Assembly: GCA_964016885.1 (NCBI GenBank)
Contig: OZ024740.1
Coordinates: 308,636,001-308,700,000 of the forward strand
Direction: 5' to 3'
DNA length: 64,000 nucleotides
Origin: Eledone cirrhosa
Taxonomy: Eukaryota
Shown here: positions 1-12,440 of the stretch, one piece after another
Position numbering within the stretch: position 1 is the first letter of the stretch
Layout of the letters: every line of letters starts with the position of its first letter
Notes under the pieces: model-generated
Seen by the model: only the letters and a program-made list of their open reading frames with translations
Told to the model about the DNA's origin: nothing
Databases searched by the model: none
Position numbers and translations under genes: made by a program

Positions 1-666
1 CTCAACACTCTGTTATTGCTACAACAAACTAAATCAAAGAAAGACCCACATTAATAGTTCTGTTTGAAATTTCCAAGTGAATCAGAAATTTGTATATGTG
101 GCTTATTAATTAAATACAGTAGTCAAGGAGCAGGATAGATTATGGTGTGGGTGTAGGGTATGGATAGGGTAGATATGATAAGGATGTAGTGGGGGTTGGA
201 TATGGTAGGTTTGGATAAGTTGAAATGGTGAAGGCGGAGGGAGGATTGATATGGTGTTATGTGGTTAGGCTAAATATGGGTTGGTGGGAGAGATTAGATA
301 TAGTCGTGTGTACAGGGCATGTGGGTAGAGGGAAAGGTATGTATAGAAGTGGGTGGGTTGTAGGGAGAAGATGGGCAGAAGCTGACTGTTCTGATGTTAA
401 AATGGTTTATTGTTATCAAAAGAAGCCAGTCTGATGCCTTTACCAGCATCCCAAGAGGGAATATTGCCATGTTGGTTCTGTTCCTCAATGTCTTCAGACA
501 GCAGCCAGAATTTGGATAATGATGTTTATAGTGAGCAGCTTATCAACTGTAACAATTCCTACAATAACAATTACAGTTTTACTGACAATAACAAGAATAA
601 CTACAGTGATACTGTACAATGGCAATAATAACAAACAACTATAATGACTACAACAACAGTAGCAAC

Positions 667-888
667 AATAACAATAATAATAATGGTTTCTGATTTAAGC
701 ACAAGGTCAGCAATTTTGGGGAAGGGGAAAGTTGATTAAATCAACCCCAGTGCGTTACTGGTACTTTATTTTATTGACTCCATAAGGATGAAAGGCAAAG
801 CTAACCTTGGTGAGATTTGAACTCAGAGCATAAAGGGCCATAACTATGCCGCAAAGCATTGTCCGATGCTCTGCTGACACTGCCAATC
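667..888 (-). mobile_element. tRNA-head SINE with (ATT)n tail (family A, octopus OK-like)
   Basis: Minus strand has B-box GAGTTCAAAT, body ctttgcctttcatcc...ataaagtaccag and an AAT-repeat tail. Many copies in the window. Confidence 0.8.
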
Positions 889-1440
889 AAAAATAATAAT
901 GAAAACATATTAAAGCTGATATACATGTGAAGTACAAGATAAAAAGTGGCTGGTAAGAATGTATATGCAAGAGAGAGTGAGTGAGTGAGTGTGTGAGAAA
1001 GAGCGAGAGAGAGAAAGAGAGAGTGAGTGTGTGAGAAAGAGTGCGTGAGTGTGTGAGAAAGAGTGAGAAATTACTTTCATGAGGAATATTGTGTATCTTC
1101 AAATTATAAATTCCATTTCGGTAACTTCAATCATTTGTTAAATTTATTCAATATATTTTGTAGTGTAATTAAAGTACCGTATATATTTGTGTATATACAT
1201 TTAAAATGTCATATTGATCTTTAATACTTTGTGGTTGTTTCTAATTAGACCTTGGAATTTCTGTAGGGTCAGCTAGTAACAACTATAGCAATAACAACAA
1301 CAGAATTAAAACTAACAATGGTAATAACAACAGAATTGACAATATCAACAGGAACAATTACAAGAGTAACAGCTGCGACATAAGAGGAGCTGTATCAGAA
1401 TAACTCCATTAACTAGAAGTACACGAAAAAAAAAAACCAA

Positions 1441-1955
1441 TGAGAGAGCCTCTATGTGGTCGCTCAACCTGCTGGAGATATGTGTATGTATGTATGCATG
1501 TATGTATGGTCCTATAATTATGAGAGAGTCGTAGGGCCGCTGTATATCAATAGTGTTACTTGGGCATTTTAAACCAGGCAGAGCCCATTCCTCTCCAGGT
1601 CTGAGTACAACAGATTTCTTCCAGAGAGAGGAAGAATCGACCCCCAGTACTAGACTGGTACTTTATTTATCGACCTTGAAAGGATGAAAGGGAAAGTTAA
1701 CCCCAGCAGGATTTGAACTCAAAGAGCAGAGAGCCGGAACGAATGCCATAAAGCATTCTATCCGATGTTCTAAGAACTCTGCCAATTGGCTGCTGGAGAT
1801 AGCAGCCAATTTTCCATCAGATCATGCCATATTGTCTAAAAAAATGGAAGGAATCAGTGAATAATGTATTATATACATTTAATCCAAATAACAGATGGAA
1901 TGGATATGGTTTGAATGCATTTAACCTCAAGTCTACTGTTAAACAACAAGAATAA
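1441..1955 (+). mobile_element. Interspersed repeat with (CAA)n-like tail (family C), split by a younger SINE
   Basis: Motif ctcaacctgctggagatagcagccaa...gtcttaaaaaa...ggaatgc recurs at about 8120, 19110, 19340, 21900(-), 35250(-), 38170(-), 38390(-) and 57750. Confidence 0.6.
1481..1789 (-). mobile_element. SINE with family-A head, a different 3' body and a (TACA)n tail; 12-bp TSD
   Basis: TSD ctgctggagata at 1469-1480 and 1790-1801; B-box gagttcaaatcc on the minus strand. A second, degenerate copy lies at about 35600-35856 (+). Confidence 0.8.
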
Positions 1956-2100
1956 GAAAAACCACAAAAGCAATTGTAGTAACAACATATCAATAACTGT
2001 TACAACAACAACTTAACAAACACAACTATAACAATAGCAACACATGTGCATACACACATGAAATGTTGATTCATATAAACTCAATTTTATATATATATAT

Positions 2101-2392
2101 ATCATCATCATCATCATCATCACCGTTTTACGTCCGTTCTTCCATGCTAGCATGGGTTAGATGGGTTGTCCTGCTGTGGGCAGTGTCTGGTCGGCTGACC
2201 ATGCCTTGCTCATACAGAAACTGATTTTGGCTTGATTTCTACAGCTGGATGCCCTTCCTAACACCAACCTCATTTACAGTGAGTGCTCGGTGCTTTTTTC
2301 CGTGGCGCCTACACGTCCACTTTACAGTGTGGGCTGGGTGCTTTTTTGCCATGGCACCTCCACGACCACTTTGCAGTGGGAGGGTGTGGGGG
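2101..2392 (-). mobile_element. RTE-tailed SINE (family B), 5'-truncated
   Basis: ggtgttaggaagggcatccagctgtagaaa and ctaacccatgctagcatggaagaacggacgtaaaacg(gat)n on the minus strand. Confidence 0.8.
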
Positions 2393-3493
2393 CATGATAT
2401 ATATATATAAATAATGAATATTTGCTCTAGGGTTCTTATATATTTGATATATATTTATCCTTATCGAGCCCTCTTTGGATTTTAGTCTTTACATTTATTA
2501 TTATTACTATATATATATAATTAGTTACAACAGTTTCATTGGGTTTTACACTCGAACTCATTCAGCCTGTTATATAAAGATAGATAGATAGCCACTACCA
2601 TGGTTGAATGTAATTTCTTTTGGAAAAAATATATGAGATCTCTTCAAAGGCAGGTAATTTCGAAATAAGCTAACTGTAAATAAACAAAATTTGAAACGGT
2701 TGTATATATACATGGTTTTACCTGAATAAAGCCTTTGGTTATTTCCTCTGAATTTATGCTCTATGATTTTCACGGGTTATACCCTGGATTTTGTGTCGTG
2801 CATAATTTTACCTAAATGACACATCAAGCTTCAACACACCCTGTTAAAACATGAATGAATTTATCCACTTTCAATTATCCTCTTTTATATATATATGTTT
2901 CAGCACAATGCTTTTACATGAATTGGATATACAGTGTTAAAAAGTGTGGATTACTGACATTCGTTTGTTATATGCAGTGTATTTATCTTAAATAAAAGAT
3001 CAAAGGTTCAGTTCAACATATTTTTTTTTCAAAATCCTGTGTTTCGCAAATTACCAGCATGCAGCCTTAATCGCGGCAAGCCCAATTCCTTACACAAACA
3101 GATGGACATATTCTGATTCTAATCTCCATTGTATCTGATGAGCAAATTAGTCCTAAAGTTGAGTTGATTTAAACCAATTAAGGCTTCAAGCTGGTCATTT
3201 GTGAAACGTGTTATTCATGGTTACAAATATATATATATATGTATGTGAGTGTGTGTATATCTATCTATCTATATATATATATATATTTATTTATGTAGGT
3301 ATAAATATACATACAGAGAAGGCAGCCAATCATTAGCTTACTCTTAAGGAATATGAATAAAAAGAAATCATAGTGGTATCAAGTTTTATAAATTTATAGT
3401 TACATTATATTTGAAATATTCCCTGTTTGCATTAATGCCATCATGCCATTGCTGAGATTAACTGTAATTACTAAGTTGTGAGTGCTTTGTATA

Positions 3494-3525
<32 letters not shown>

Positions 3526-4183
3526 GTTGTCTTATTTCAATGTTTAATTAATTGCAAGTGTTGCACTTGCATCACCACAATCATTAAGCCGTTGTGTAAT
3601 CAGGCTTAAGCACTCCATGCTGGTTATATTTCTCTATCTAAGATGTGGGATTATGTACACTAGCACCCAATGGAATATTGGTATCTAAATAAATATGAAG
3701 ACAGGTTCTACTTTTCCGTACTTTGGAAAAGCATAAACTGTCTTTAATTGCTAATGTGATGTAAATAATATTCTAATATTCTACTTAATTATATGTTGTT
3801 TTTTATGCAAGATATTAATAATGTTGTATCCATAACACTATCTCTATGAGTTCCCTCTGTTTTTGGTATGTTAGCGAGGGTAATAGTCAACAAGTCGATA
3901 TTTTATACATTGATATCATTCAAGGCCAATGATTAGCCATTTTAAACACACAACGTTTTTGCCAAATAAGTGTCTTTATCACCAGTGTGTATGAAACTGA
4001 TAGTTTCTTGAATGTGCTATATTTATAATGTGCTCTATCTCTCTATATATAATATATATATAAGATAAACGATATATAACAGGGTATGTCAACTGAGAAA
4101 CAATTGGAGCATGATATATGTTTATATAGATATTAGTACCACATTCATATATATATATATATATATATATAACAAAGACCTAA

Positions 4184-4316
4184 TCATACTGATGAAGGTA
4201 ATCATGATCTTTAAATGTTTACCAAAATCAATAATTGTTAATCAATACTAATTACTGTGATCGAAGGTTAGCATTCCCTTTTTGATTTGCCGAAACATAT
4301 CTGTCTATGTAAGTAT
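4184..4316 (+). ncRNA. Degenerate hammerhead-ribozyme-like motif(s), probably from a Penelope pseudo-LTR
   Basis: CTGATGA at 4189, GAAA at 4292, stem ACATA/TATGT with GTA triplet. Stem I register is imperfect. Confidence 0.3.
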
Positions 4317-4560
4317 AGCCGACTTTAACACCTAGGAGTATGTATTTAAATTTGTATATTATTTGTTCTATGTGTTCTACATATAATTTGTAAAAAATAC
4401 TAGTTTGTTTCTAAGTGGGTATATTCTGTTATATATCATTTATACTTATATCATAGATGCTCTGAGAAGTTTATTGAGCTTTGTACTGAGGAACATAGAG
4501 ACATTATTGATATACATTTTATATGTATTGATTAAACTTAAAATTAGCATTTATATATAT

Positions 4561-4870
4561 ATAGTGGTTAGAGTGTTGGGTTTGTAATCATAAGGTCATG
4601 TTTGATTCCAAAACTGAGTAATGCATTGTGTTCTTGAACAAACACTTTATTTCACATTTCACTAGTCCTCACAACTGGTAAAGATGAGTTGTTACAACAC
4701 TGGTGCTAAGCTGTATCAACCTATGCCTTTTCTTTGGACAATATTGATAGCACAGAGAAGAGAGAATGGCATGCTTCAACAACTGCTAATCTTTCACAAA
4801 ACACCTTGCTTAGAGAGGAACTTTCCAAGTGCAAACCCATGGTGAATCATGTCCGAGTGGGTCCTCTTAT
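4561..4870 (+). mobile_element. CORE-type SINE (tRNA head + CORE-like segment + family-D body), degenerate
   Basis: A-box tagtggttagag; CORE-like gtgttcttgaacaaacactttatttcaca; body shared with 14413-14640. Confidence 0.65.
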
Positions 4871-5021
4871 CATGCACACACATATATGTGTGTGTAAATG
4901 TGTGTATATGTATGTATATATGCATCACCATCATCATTTAATGTCTGTTTTTCCTGCTAGCAAGGATTGGATGGGTTTTCAAAGACCGAGTTGGAGGAAG
5001 GCAGTCAGGTCTCATTTTATG

Positions 5022-5580
5022 CTGGAAAATATCAAAACGGTCTTATTTTACAAACCAACAGACACACACCAATACTTGAATTTCCGTTCAGCACACCCCT
5101 CACATACCAAAAGGAACATTCCCTTTAACATGGCAAGACACATCTGCACCATAGTGACACACCCTACACTACAGGAAAAAATATTATATGAATTAAAAAA
5201 GTTCATTAAGAGACAAGAATATCCGGTGAACCTCATCAATACAACCATCTCCAAAGCCCAGAACATCCCAGTGACAACACTGAGAAAAACAAAGCGACAA
5301 AATAGAATGGAAAAAACAGTTAACCCTTTTGTCATCACTCACAATCCAAGGAACTTCAACATTGTAAAAGCCGCCAAACAATATCTCCCGATTCTCCAGC
5401 AGTCCCCCAAAATGAATGCACTAATAAAAGACGCACAAATTATATATAGTAGACGCCAAGCACCCAACCTAAAGAAACTGCTTACCAAGGCAAAATTTAC
5501 ATCTAATAATGAAGCAATGCAAGTTAAGAAATGCGGGGACCCTTGATGCGGTACTTGCGAACTCATTGAAGAACTGGATC
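5022..5580 (+). mobile_element. Penelope-like retroelement fragment (RT C-terminus/linker to start of CxxC-GIY-YIG region)
   Basis: FYKPTDTHQYLNFRSAHPSHTKRNIPFNMAR...QEYP...FVITHNP...RRQAPNLKKLL...KCGDP*CGTC. In-frame TGA at 5544-5546; truncated at both ends. Confidence 0.85.
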
Positions 5581-5613
5581 TACCAACTCATAATATTATT
5601 ATATTATATTATA

Positions 5614-5690
5614 ACATTAAATCATAAATTTTTTAACACTACAAGTGAAGTCATTCTTTTCCTTTTTTTCATATATATATATTATATATA

Positions 5691-5728
<38 letters not shown>

Positions 5729-5833
5729 GAAAATGAAAAATCAGTGATACATCGGAACTCAATTTATTGCGTATTACAATTGTTAAAGTGCTCAACCGGC
5801 ATACCGCCTATGGACGCATCTTAGCTACCATAA

Positions 5834-5870
<37 letters not shown>

Positions 5871-6161
5871 GTATGTATATATAGATAGATAGATGTGACA
5901 TGATTATGGCTTTAAAATAATCATAGCAAATATATCCTATATGTTTTCATATATAGCCCTATGATATATATATAAAAAAGTGCTCAACCGGCATACCGCC
6001 TATGGACGCATCTTAACTACCATAAGACATATATATATATATATATATATATGTCTTATGGTAGTTAAGATGCGTCCATAGGCGGTATGCCGGTTGAGCA
6101 CTTTAACAATTGTAATACGCAATAAATTGAGTTCCGATGCATCACTGATTTTTCATTTTCC

Positions 6162-6212
<51 letters not shown>

Positions 6213-6265
6213 AAAAGGAAAAGAATGACTTCACTTTTAGTGTTAAAAAATTTATGATTTAATGT
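5614..6265. repeat. Inverted duplication containing a perfect 128-bp palindrome (5977-6104)
   Basis: Arm 5614-5838 is the near reverse complement of 6051-6265. The inner partial copy 5977-6028 mirrors 6053-6104 exactly around (AT)12. Confidence 0.95.
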
Positions 6266-6278
6266 GTGTGTATGTGAA

Positions 6279-6650
6279 GGCACATGGCTTAATGGTTAGA
6301 GCATTGGCCTTGCAATCGAAAGGTTGTGAGTTCAATTCGCAGACCGGGTGATGTGTTGTTTCCTTGAGCAAGACACTTTATTTCACATTGCTCCAGTTTA
6401 CTCAGCTGTAGAAATGAGATGATAGTGACCCCAGTCCCTATCATTCCACTGCAAAGTGGTCGTGGAGGTGCCATGGCAAAAAAGCACCCACCAATCACTG
6501 TAAATGAGGTTGGTGTTAGGAAGGGCATCCAGCTGTAGAAATCAAGCCAGAGCAAGACATGGTCACCTGACCTGGCGTTGCCCACAACAGGACAACACAT
6601 CTAACCCATGCTAGCGTGGAGGAATGGACGTAAAACGGTGATGATGATGA
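6279..6650 (+). mobile_element. Full-length composite SINE: tRNA head + CORE-like domain + hairpin + RTE-derived 3' part + (GAT)n
   Basis: A/B boxes (tggcttaatgg, gagttcaatt); CORE-like tccttgagcaagacactttatttcacattgctccagtttactcagctgtagaaatgag. Close copies at 34163(-) and 58251(+). Confidence 0.85.
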
Positions 6651-7069
6651 TATATATATATATATATATATACACTTATGTGTGTGTGTGTCTGTGCATA
6701 CAAATATGTGTATGCACATATATTTATTTTTGTATATAATATATATCATCAATCTTCAAATGATGATGATGCTTTCAACAATAATATTGATACTATTTTC
6801 ATCAATGGTGTAAATATCCTCAAGGGTTACACCCCTCCTTTCACTACCAACTCATCTTAGTTTTGATTATGGAGGGAGGAATTCCCTTTTACCACAGTAA
6901 CTCCAGAATAAGCCAGATTACCTTGGCATAGCAGTGACTATAGAAAATAAATAGTAATTGTTTCCTCCTCCTCCTCTAACTCCTTCTCTCTCCTACTCCT
7001 CCTCTAACTCCTTCTCTCTCCTACTCCTCCTCAACGGCTTTCTCTCCTTCTCAACAACTGACAACTGGC

Positions 7070-7269
7070 TTACTCTCTCTCTCACACACACACATACACA
7101 CATGCACACACTCTCTCTCACACACACACACACCCACTCACACACACCTATACTCTCTCACACATACACTCGCACACACACATACTCTCACACACACACA
7201 TATACTCTCACACACATATACTCTCACACTCTCTCCCTCTCACACACACACACATACATACTCTCTCTC

Positions 7270-7309
<40 letters not shown>

Positions 7310-7665
7310 TCTCTCACACAACACACACAAGTGTGCTTGCAGTAAGTAAGACCACAATCACCTGAGCCACCTACAAAGGTGAGAAAGTAGGGTTCTCTTA
7401 AACACACTATTAAATCTGTTTTTACATACCTGAATCTAATCAATTATTGTTTCCATACATGCATACATACACACACTGCATACACACACACACATGCATA
7501 CATACACACACATGCACACATACACACATGCATGCATGCATACACACACACATACATCCATACATACATACACATATACATACACACATGCACACGTACA
7601 TACATACATACAGACAGACATACACACATGTACAGATACACACATGCGTATGTATGTATGTAAGT
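7070..7665. repeat. Compound (CA)/(CT)/(TACA) microsatellites
   Basis: Direct inspection; source of the His/Thr- and Cys/Val-rich pseudo-ORFs. Confidence 0.9.
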
Positions 7666-8196
7666 ATGCCTATAATGATAATAATAATTGTTTCTGCTTT
7701 AGGCACAAGACCAGCAATTTTGGGGGAAGGGAAAGTCGATTAAATTGACCCCAGTGCATTACTGGTGCTTTATTGTGTATTTATTTATGCATACATATCT
7801 TAAACTATAGATATATTTGTGTGCAAGTAAATATGAGTGAAGAAAATGTGTGTGTGTCTGTGTGTGCATATGTAGGGGGAAGTGAAAAAGGACTTTGTGT
7901 GTAAAACTGGAGACAGAAAATGTGGAATGGGAGACATTAGGCTGAGTGTAGTAGCTACAGGTGAACTCAGGTGTGTACAGATTGAATGTTATTGCATTCT
8001 AGTTATCAGGTATGGGACAAAACATTACTCTCTCTCTCTCTCTCATATATAAAAGAAACATGGAGACATCTTCCTTCCTCTATTCACTTAATCCTTCTAA
8101 TCCTTCTGATTCCAGGCTTCTAAACCAAAGGGGCCTATGTATCCGGTCACTAAACTTGCTAGAAACAGTAGCCAAATCTATCTCAAATCTCACCCT

Positions 8197-8308
8197 AATC
8201 CCGCCGAGGTTAACTTTGCCTTTCATCCTTACGGGGTCGATAAAATAAAGTACCAGTAATGTACTGGGTAATTTTCTGGCCTTGTGCCAATAGTAGAAAC
8301 AATTATTA
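8197..8308 (+). mobile_element. 5'-truncated family-A SINE inserted in a family-C repeat (about 8120-8432)
   Basis: aatcccgccgaggttaactttgcctttcatcc...gaaacaattatt, flanked by the two halves of family C. Confidence 0.7.
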
Positions 8309-8477
8309 TATAAAAGAATACATTGAATAATGTGATTGGTCTTGGGCTCTATGCAAATAGAATATAGGATGATCATAGCTGGACTGCCTTTGTTTATAAA
8401 TCTGCTCAACCAACAGTGACCTGGGGTTAAACAATACTAATAATTTCAGGTGTACTATTATTTTCCTTATCCCTGAA

Positions 8478-8518
<41 letters not shown>

Positions 8519-8784
8519 CTCCATTTCCTCTTCTCTTTCCTGTGTGAGTCATTGATTTACCCTCCAGTCCATTCAACCACCTGCATGTAAGGTGGTGGTG
8601 GAAAGAGGTTTTCTTATCTAGCAATAATGTCCAACCACCATTATCTCCTCTAATCACTACTGACTGTACCACCCTCATTATCAACTGAGGGTTTCTTTAT
8701 GTTGAAATGACAGTAAAATCTCTTTCAGTTTACACCTTCCTGTTTAAAATATGAAGGGCATGTTATTTACACTTCTCTGTTTTA

Positions 8785-8892
8785 AAATAGAAAGGACATA
8801 TTAGGTTATAGAAATAGAAAGGACATATTAGGTTATAGAAATAGAAAGGACATATTAGGTTATAGAAATAGAAAGGACATATTAGGTTATAG
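8785..8892. repeat. 27-bp tandem repeat x4
   Basis: Unit aaatagaaaggacatattaggttatag. Confidence 0.95.
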
Positions 8893-9904
8893 AAATCTTT
8901 GCCTGAAAACCAAAAGAAACAGGATGATCATGACTGGAATACCCTTTAATCATAATCATTCTCTATCAGGACTGGCCTGATGTTAACCACCTCTCCCCAA
9001 TTGTCACAAATGAGAGAGCTACAAATATAGAAATACAGCTAAACTATTCACTGTAGTACTAATGAAAAACTTATCAATTATACAGTATCTGCCCTCCCCC
9101 CCCCCTCTCATAGTACCTATTTTATCCTGTAGAAAGGCTCATTACTACTATATAGTGTTTTCACCACCTACAGCAATAAACTGGTACCACAACTTTCCAT
9201 CAAACAACTTTTTATTGAAACAGATTTTTTTTTTTATCAAAATGACTTTTAGAATAATTTTATGAAAATACTATTTTAGAAATTAATTTTAACTATAGAA
9301 CAATTTGAGATATAGAACAATTTTATATAAATACTATTTTGTAAATCAATTTTAACTATAGAACAGTTTTAGATATAGAATAATTTTATAAAAATATTAT
9401 TTTGTAAATTAATTTTAACTATAAAGCAATTTTAGATATAGAATAATTTTTAATATATAATGAAAATAGAATCTCTATCTGAAAATTTAATTTAAAAAAT
9501 TAACACGAGAACATTAAAGAGTTAGTTAAACAAAATAGTTTAGAGTTGGCTGTACTCACAGATGGAGTACAGCCAACAGTTTGTGGCATCAAAACAAGAC
9601 AGAGTTTAAATAAACAACAATGTAGGCGAAAGAAAATATATTAAGCAAACATAAAAAATATTTTATTCAGAAAATTATTCTCTAACCAGTAGTTTAAATA
9701 AAAAGTCAAAACAATTCACTTAATGAGCAACTAAAGAACATTAGAGGTGGATATAATGCTGTTTATGATCAAATAATTATAGTAGTTTTTTTTTTGTTTG
9801 TTTGTTTTACTGAAGGAACATTGATTTATTAAGACTGTAATTTACAACAGTGATAAATTTTTTTAAAATGGGGAGAAATGTGGGAAGGGGGTAAATAAAC
9901 ACTC

Positions 9905-10130
9905 TTGGCTGGATGGTACATCTTAGCTGCTGTGTCACACATACAAAATATACAGCCAGCGATATCTGCTGCATCAGCCATTCCACCTCGTGGTGTTCCT
10001 TCTGAAAATGGCAGCTTCTAGACTATAGATACCAGATGCCTCAATGGTGACAGGCACAAAGAGGAAATGGTTAGTCAATGCCTGGTATTTAGTCATATTC
10101 TGCTCCTTTACATCACAGTAAACCCAGATT
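9905..10130 (-). mobile_element. Old CRE-clade non-LTR remnant (C-terminus of the restriction-like endonuclease)
   Basis: Minus-strand KYQALTNHFLFVPVTIEASGI and HEVEWLMQQISLAV align to KYRSLSDRFAVVPLAVETSGV and RELEWLFQRVSLAV of the CRE element at 35.9 kb. Confidence 0.7.
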
Positions 10131-10243
10131 TGTGATGTCTGTTATATGTAATTCATGAAACTGATACAAGAATATATTTTTTAACTTATCTTAAATTTTT
10201 CTTAATTTAATTTGTAAAATATTTTTAAAGATTATTCTGCAAA

Positions 10244-10579
10244 AAGTCATTTCACCAAAAGGTTATTTCACTAAAAAGTTATTTCACTAAAAAGTTATTT
10301 CACCAAACAGTCATTTCACCAAACAGTCATTTCACCAAAAGGTTATTTCACCAAAAAATTATTTCACCAAGAAGTCATTTCACCAAGAAGTCATTTCACC
10401 AAGAAGTCATTTCACCAAACAGTCATTTCACCAAACAGTCATTTCACCAAACAGTCATTTCACCAAACAGTCATTTCACCAAATAGTCATTTCACCAAAC
10501 AGTCATTTCACCAAACAGTCATTTCACCAAACAGTCATTTCACCAAACAGTCATTTCACCAAACAGTCATTTCACTAAA
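10244..10579. repeat. 16-bp minisatellite, about 21 units
   Basis: Unit aaacagtcatttcacc, with variants aagaagtc/aaaaggtt. Confidence 0.95.
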
Positions 10580-12402
10580 ACATTATTTTATTTCATTAAA
10601 TAAACTACCCTCTCCCCCCACCAAGGTACATATTTTAACTCAGAAGAAAGGTTGCTAAAGTTTTGCTCCTCTTTATACCATTTCTGTTAATATGGGGCCA
10701 TGGTTCAGATGAAGGTAGGATGAAGTAGTCTGGCTAATGTTGTTGAATAACAAACTCTTAGTTCTTTTCCTTTTAAGTTAGGAAAGAAAAGAAAATGAGA
10801 TATTTAGGCAGAGAAGAAGGGAGAATATATGTTTGTGTGTAGTTAAGTTGATGTTAAAATGTTTAATGAAGGAAGAATTAAACATTTTGATTAGAAACAA
10901 TTGTATCTGTGTACACACACACACACACATATATATATATCATGATAACCATGATCACCATCATCGTTTAACATCCGGGGGAGATTACTTCTATGAGCTA
11001 TTTTCCTACTATAAGGCTTATGGATAGATAGTTTATAGAAATTAATATCTTTCAGAATTTTGTGACAAACTACAAAAAAGGGTCAGGATTGAGAACAGAA
11101 GTTTCATAAATTGTTGAATTGTGATGAACATAAGTTTCTACAATCGCTGCATAAGAAATCCAGTGTTTATAGAGGAAAATCAATCTCTCATTGAATATTC
11201 CAAGTCTCCATCAGATTTATTTCAGAGAGGTCAATTTTTTATGTAACATTATCTAATAAATAGTTCTAAAAATTTTAGCTTTCAAAATCTTTTCTGTCTA
11301 TAACTAAAAATTACTTCAAAATATTTAAGAACTAAAAATTTTGAAAATACTATTTCATAAGATTCTGAAGTGCACAGCATACAATGACTGATGGAATGAT
11401 TGTATAGTTGGGCCAAGCAAATCAATTTCCTCTTGATTCCAGTTTATATTGTTATTTTTTGAAACTCCATATGGAATTTAATACATTTGTATTGTTCGTT
11501 TTAAGTGGGTTCCTGAATGAATTAAATTGTAGAGCATATTGAATTTTGAGAGAATTTAAACTCAATCCAACATACAATTTCAAAATATTATTTGTTTTCA
11601 CATTAGCATGGCATATAATGCTTTTACTTGTATAGCAGTGTCATAGTAAACATTCATTTTTGCACAATTTCAAGATGGTAATTGTTGGTTGATGAATCTT
11701 ATAATTTGAATTTGTTCATATTAGACAATGGTTGTTTAAAATTAGGTGTGGTTGAAAAAGAGACTTAAATATAGATTTGATTAAAAATCTTTTAATACTT
11801 ATTGTTGGTGGCAGGGGTGGTGAGTATATTTTTGAAACAATTTGAATGAAAACTTTTGCCACATACAACAAAACATGCTAATTGAAAGGAGAGTCAAACC
11901 AGCTTTCATACACACGCACACGCACACACACACACACACACATATATATATGTTGTTACTAATTAAAGACTAGTAAGACTAATTTTCAAATTAGTAAGCT
12001 ATACTTTAAAGAAAGTAATGTGTGCTTATCCTGTGAAATGTGTAAGTCATAAAATCAGGCTTAAGCTGTTTCGATGGCAGAATAGAAATTAAATTCACCA
12101 TAGTAAATGCAATTTGTCCCACCCAGAATGTCTTAATTTGAAGGTGAGGGGATTATAAATTCTGATTTAAAAAAAAAAAATCAACAGAGACAACCTAGAA
12201 AAATCACTGATTCCCTCACCACCACTTATCCCCCCCCCCCCACTTACTCCCACTTGTTTATTCTAACTCTCCCCCTTATTCCAACACCCCATTTATTCCA
12301 CTCCTATTATTTGGAACCCGAGAGTATGCATTTGTTGGTATTTATGTTTTTGTGTGTCTAGTATATGTGTGTGGTGTGTGTGTGTGTATGTGTGTGGTGT
12401 GT

Positions 12403-12440
<38 letters not shown>

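Noticed and set aside
4734-5546. 270-aa ORF as a single gene
   Set aside because: Chance fusion of a SINE, a microsatellite, an RTE-type tail and a Penelope fragment.
5544-5546. In-frame TGA in both Penelope fragments (here and at 46516-46518, minus) as selenocysteine, as reported for some Naiad-clade PLEs
   Set aside because: Both fall where Arg is expected (PRCxxC, LRIKEA), consistent with CGA-to-TGA CpG decay rather than Cys positions; no SECIS recognised. A family consensus retaining TGA would reopen this.
10990-11790. Possible ancient LINE remnants on the minus strand (also about 43590-43800, 44400-44770 and 55640-55860)
   Set aside because: The texture is suggestive, but I could not recover diagnostic motifs by eye; needs RepeatMasker or tBLASTn.
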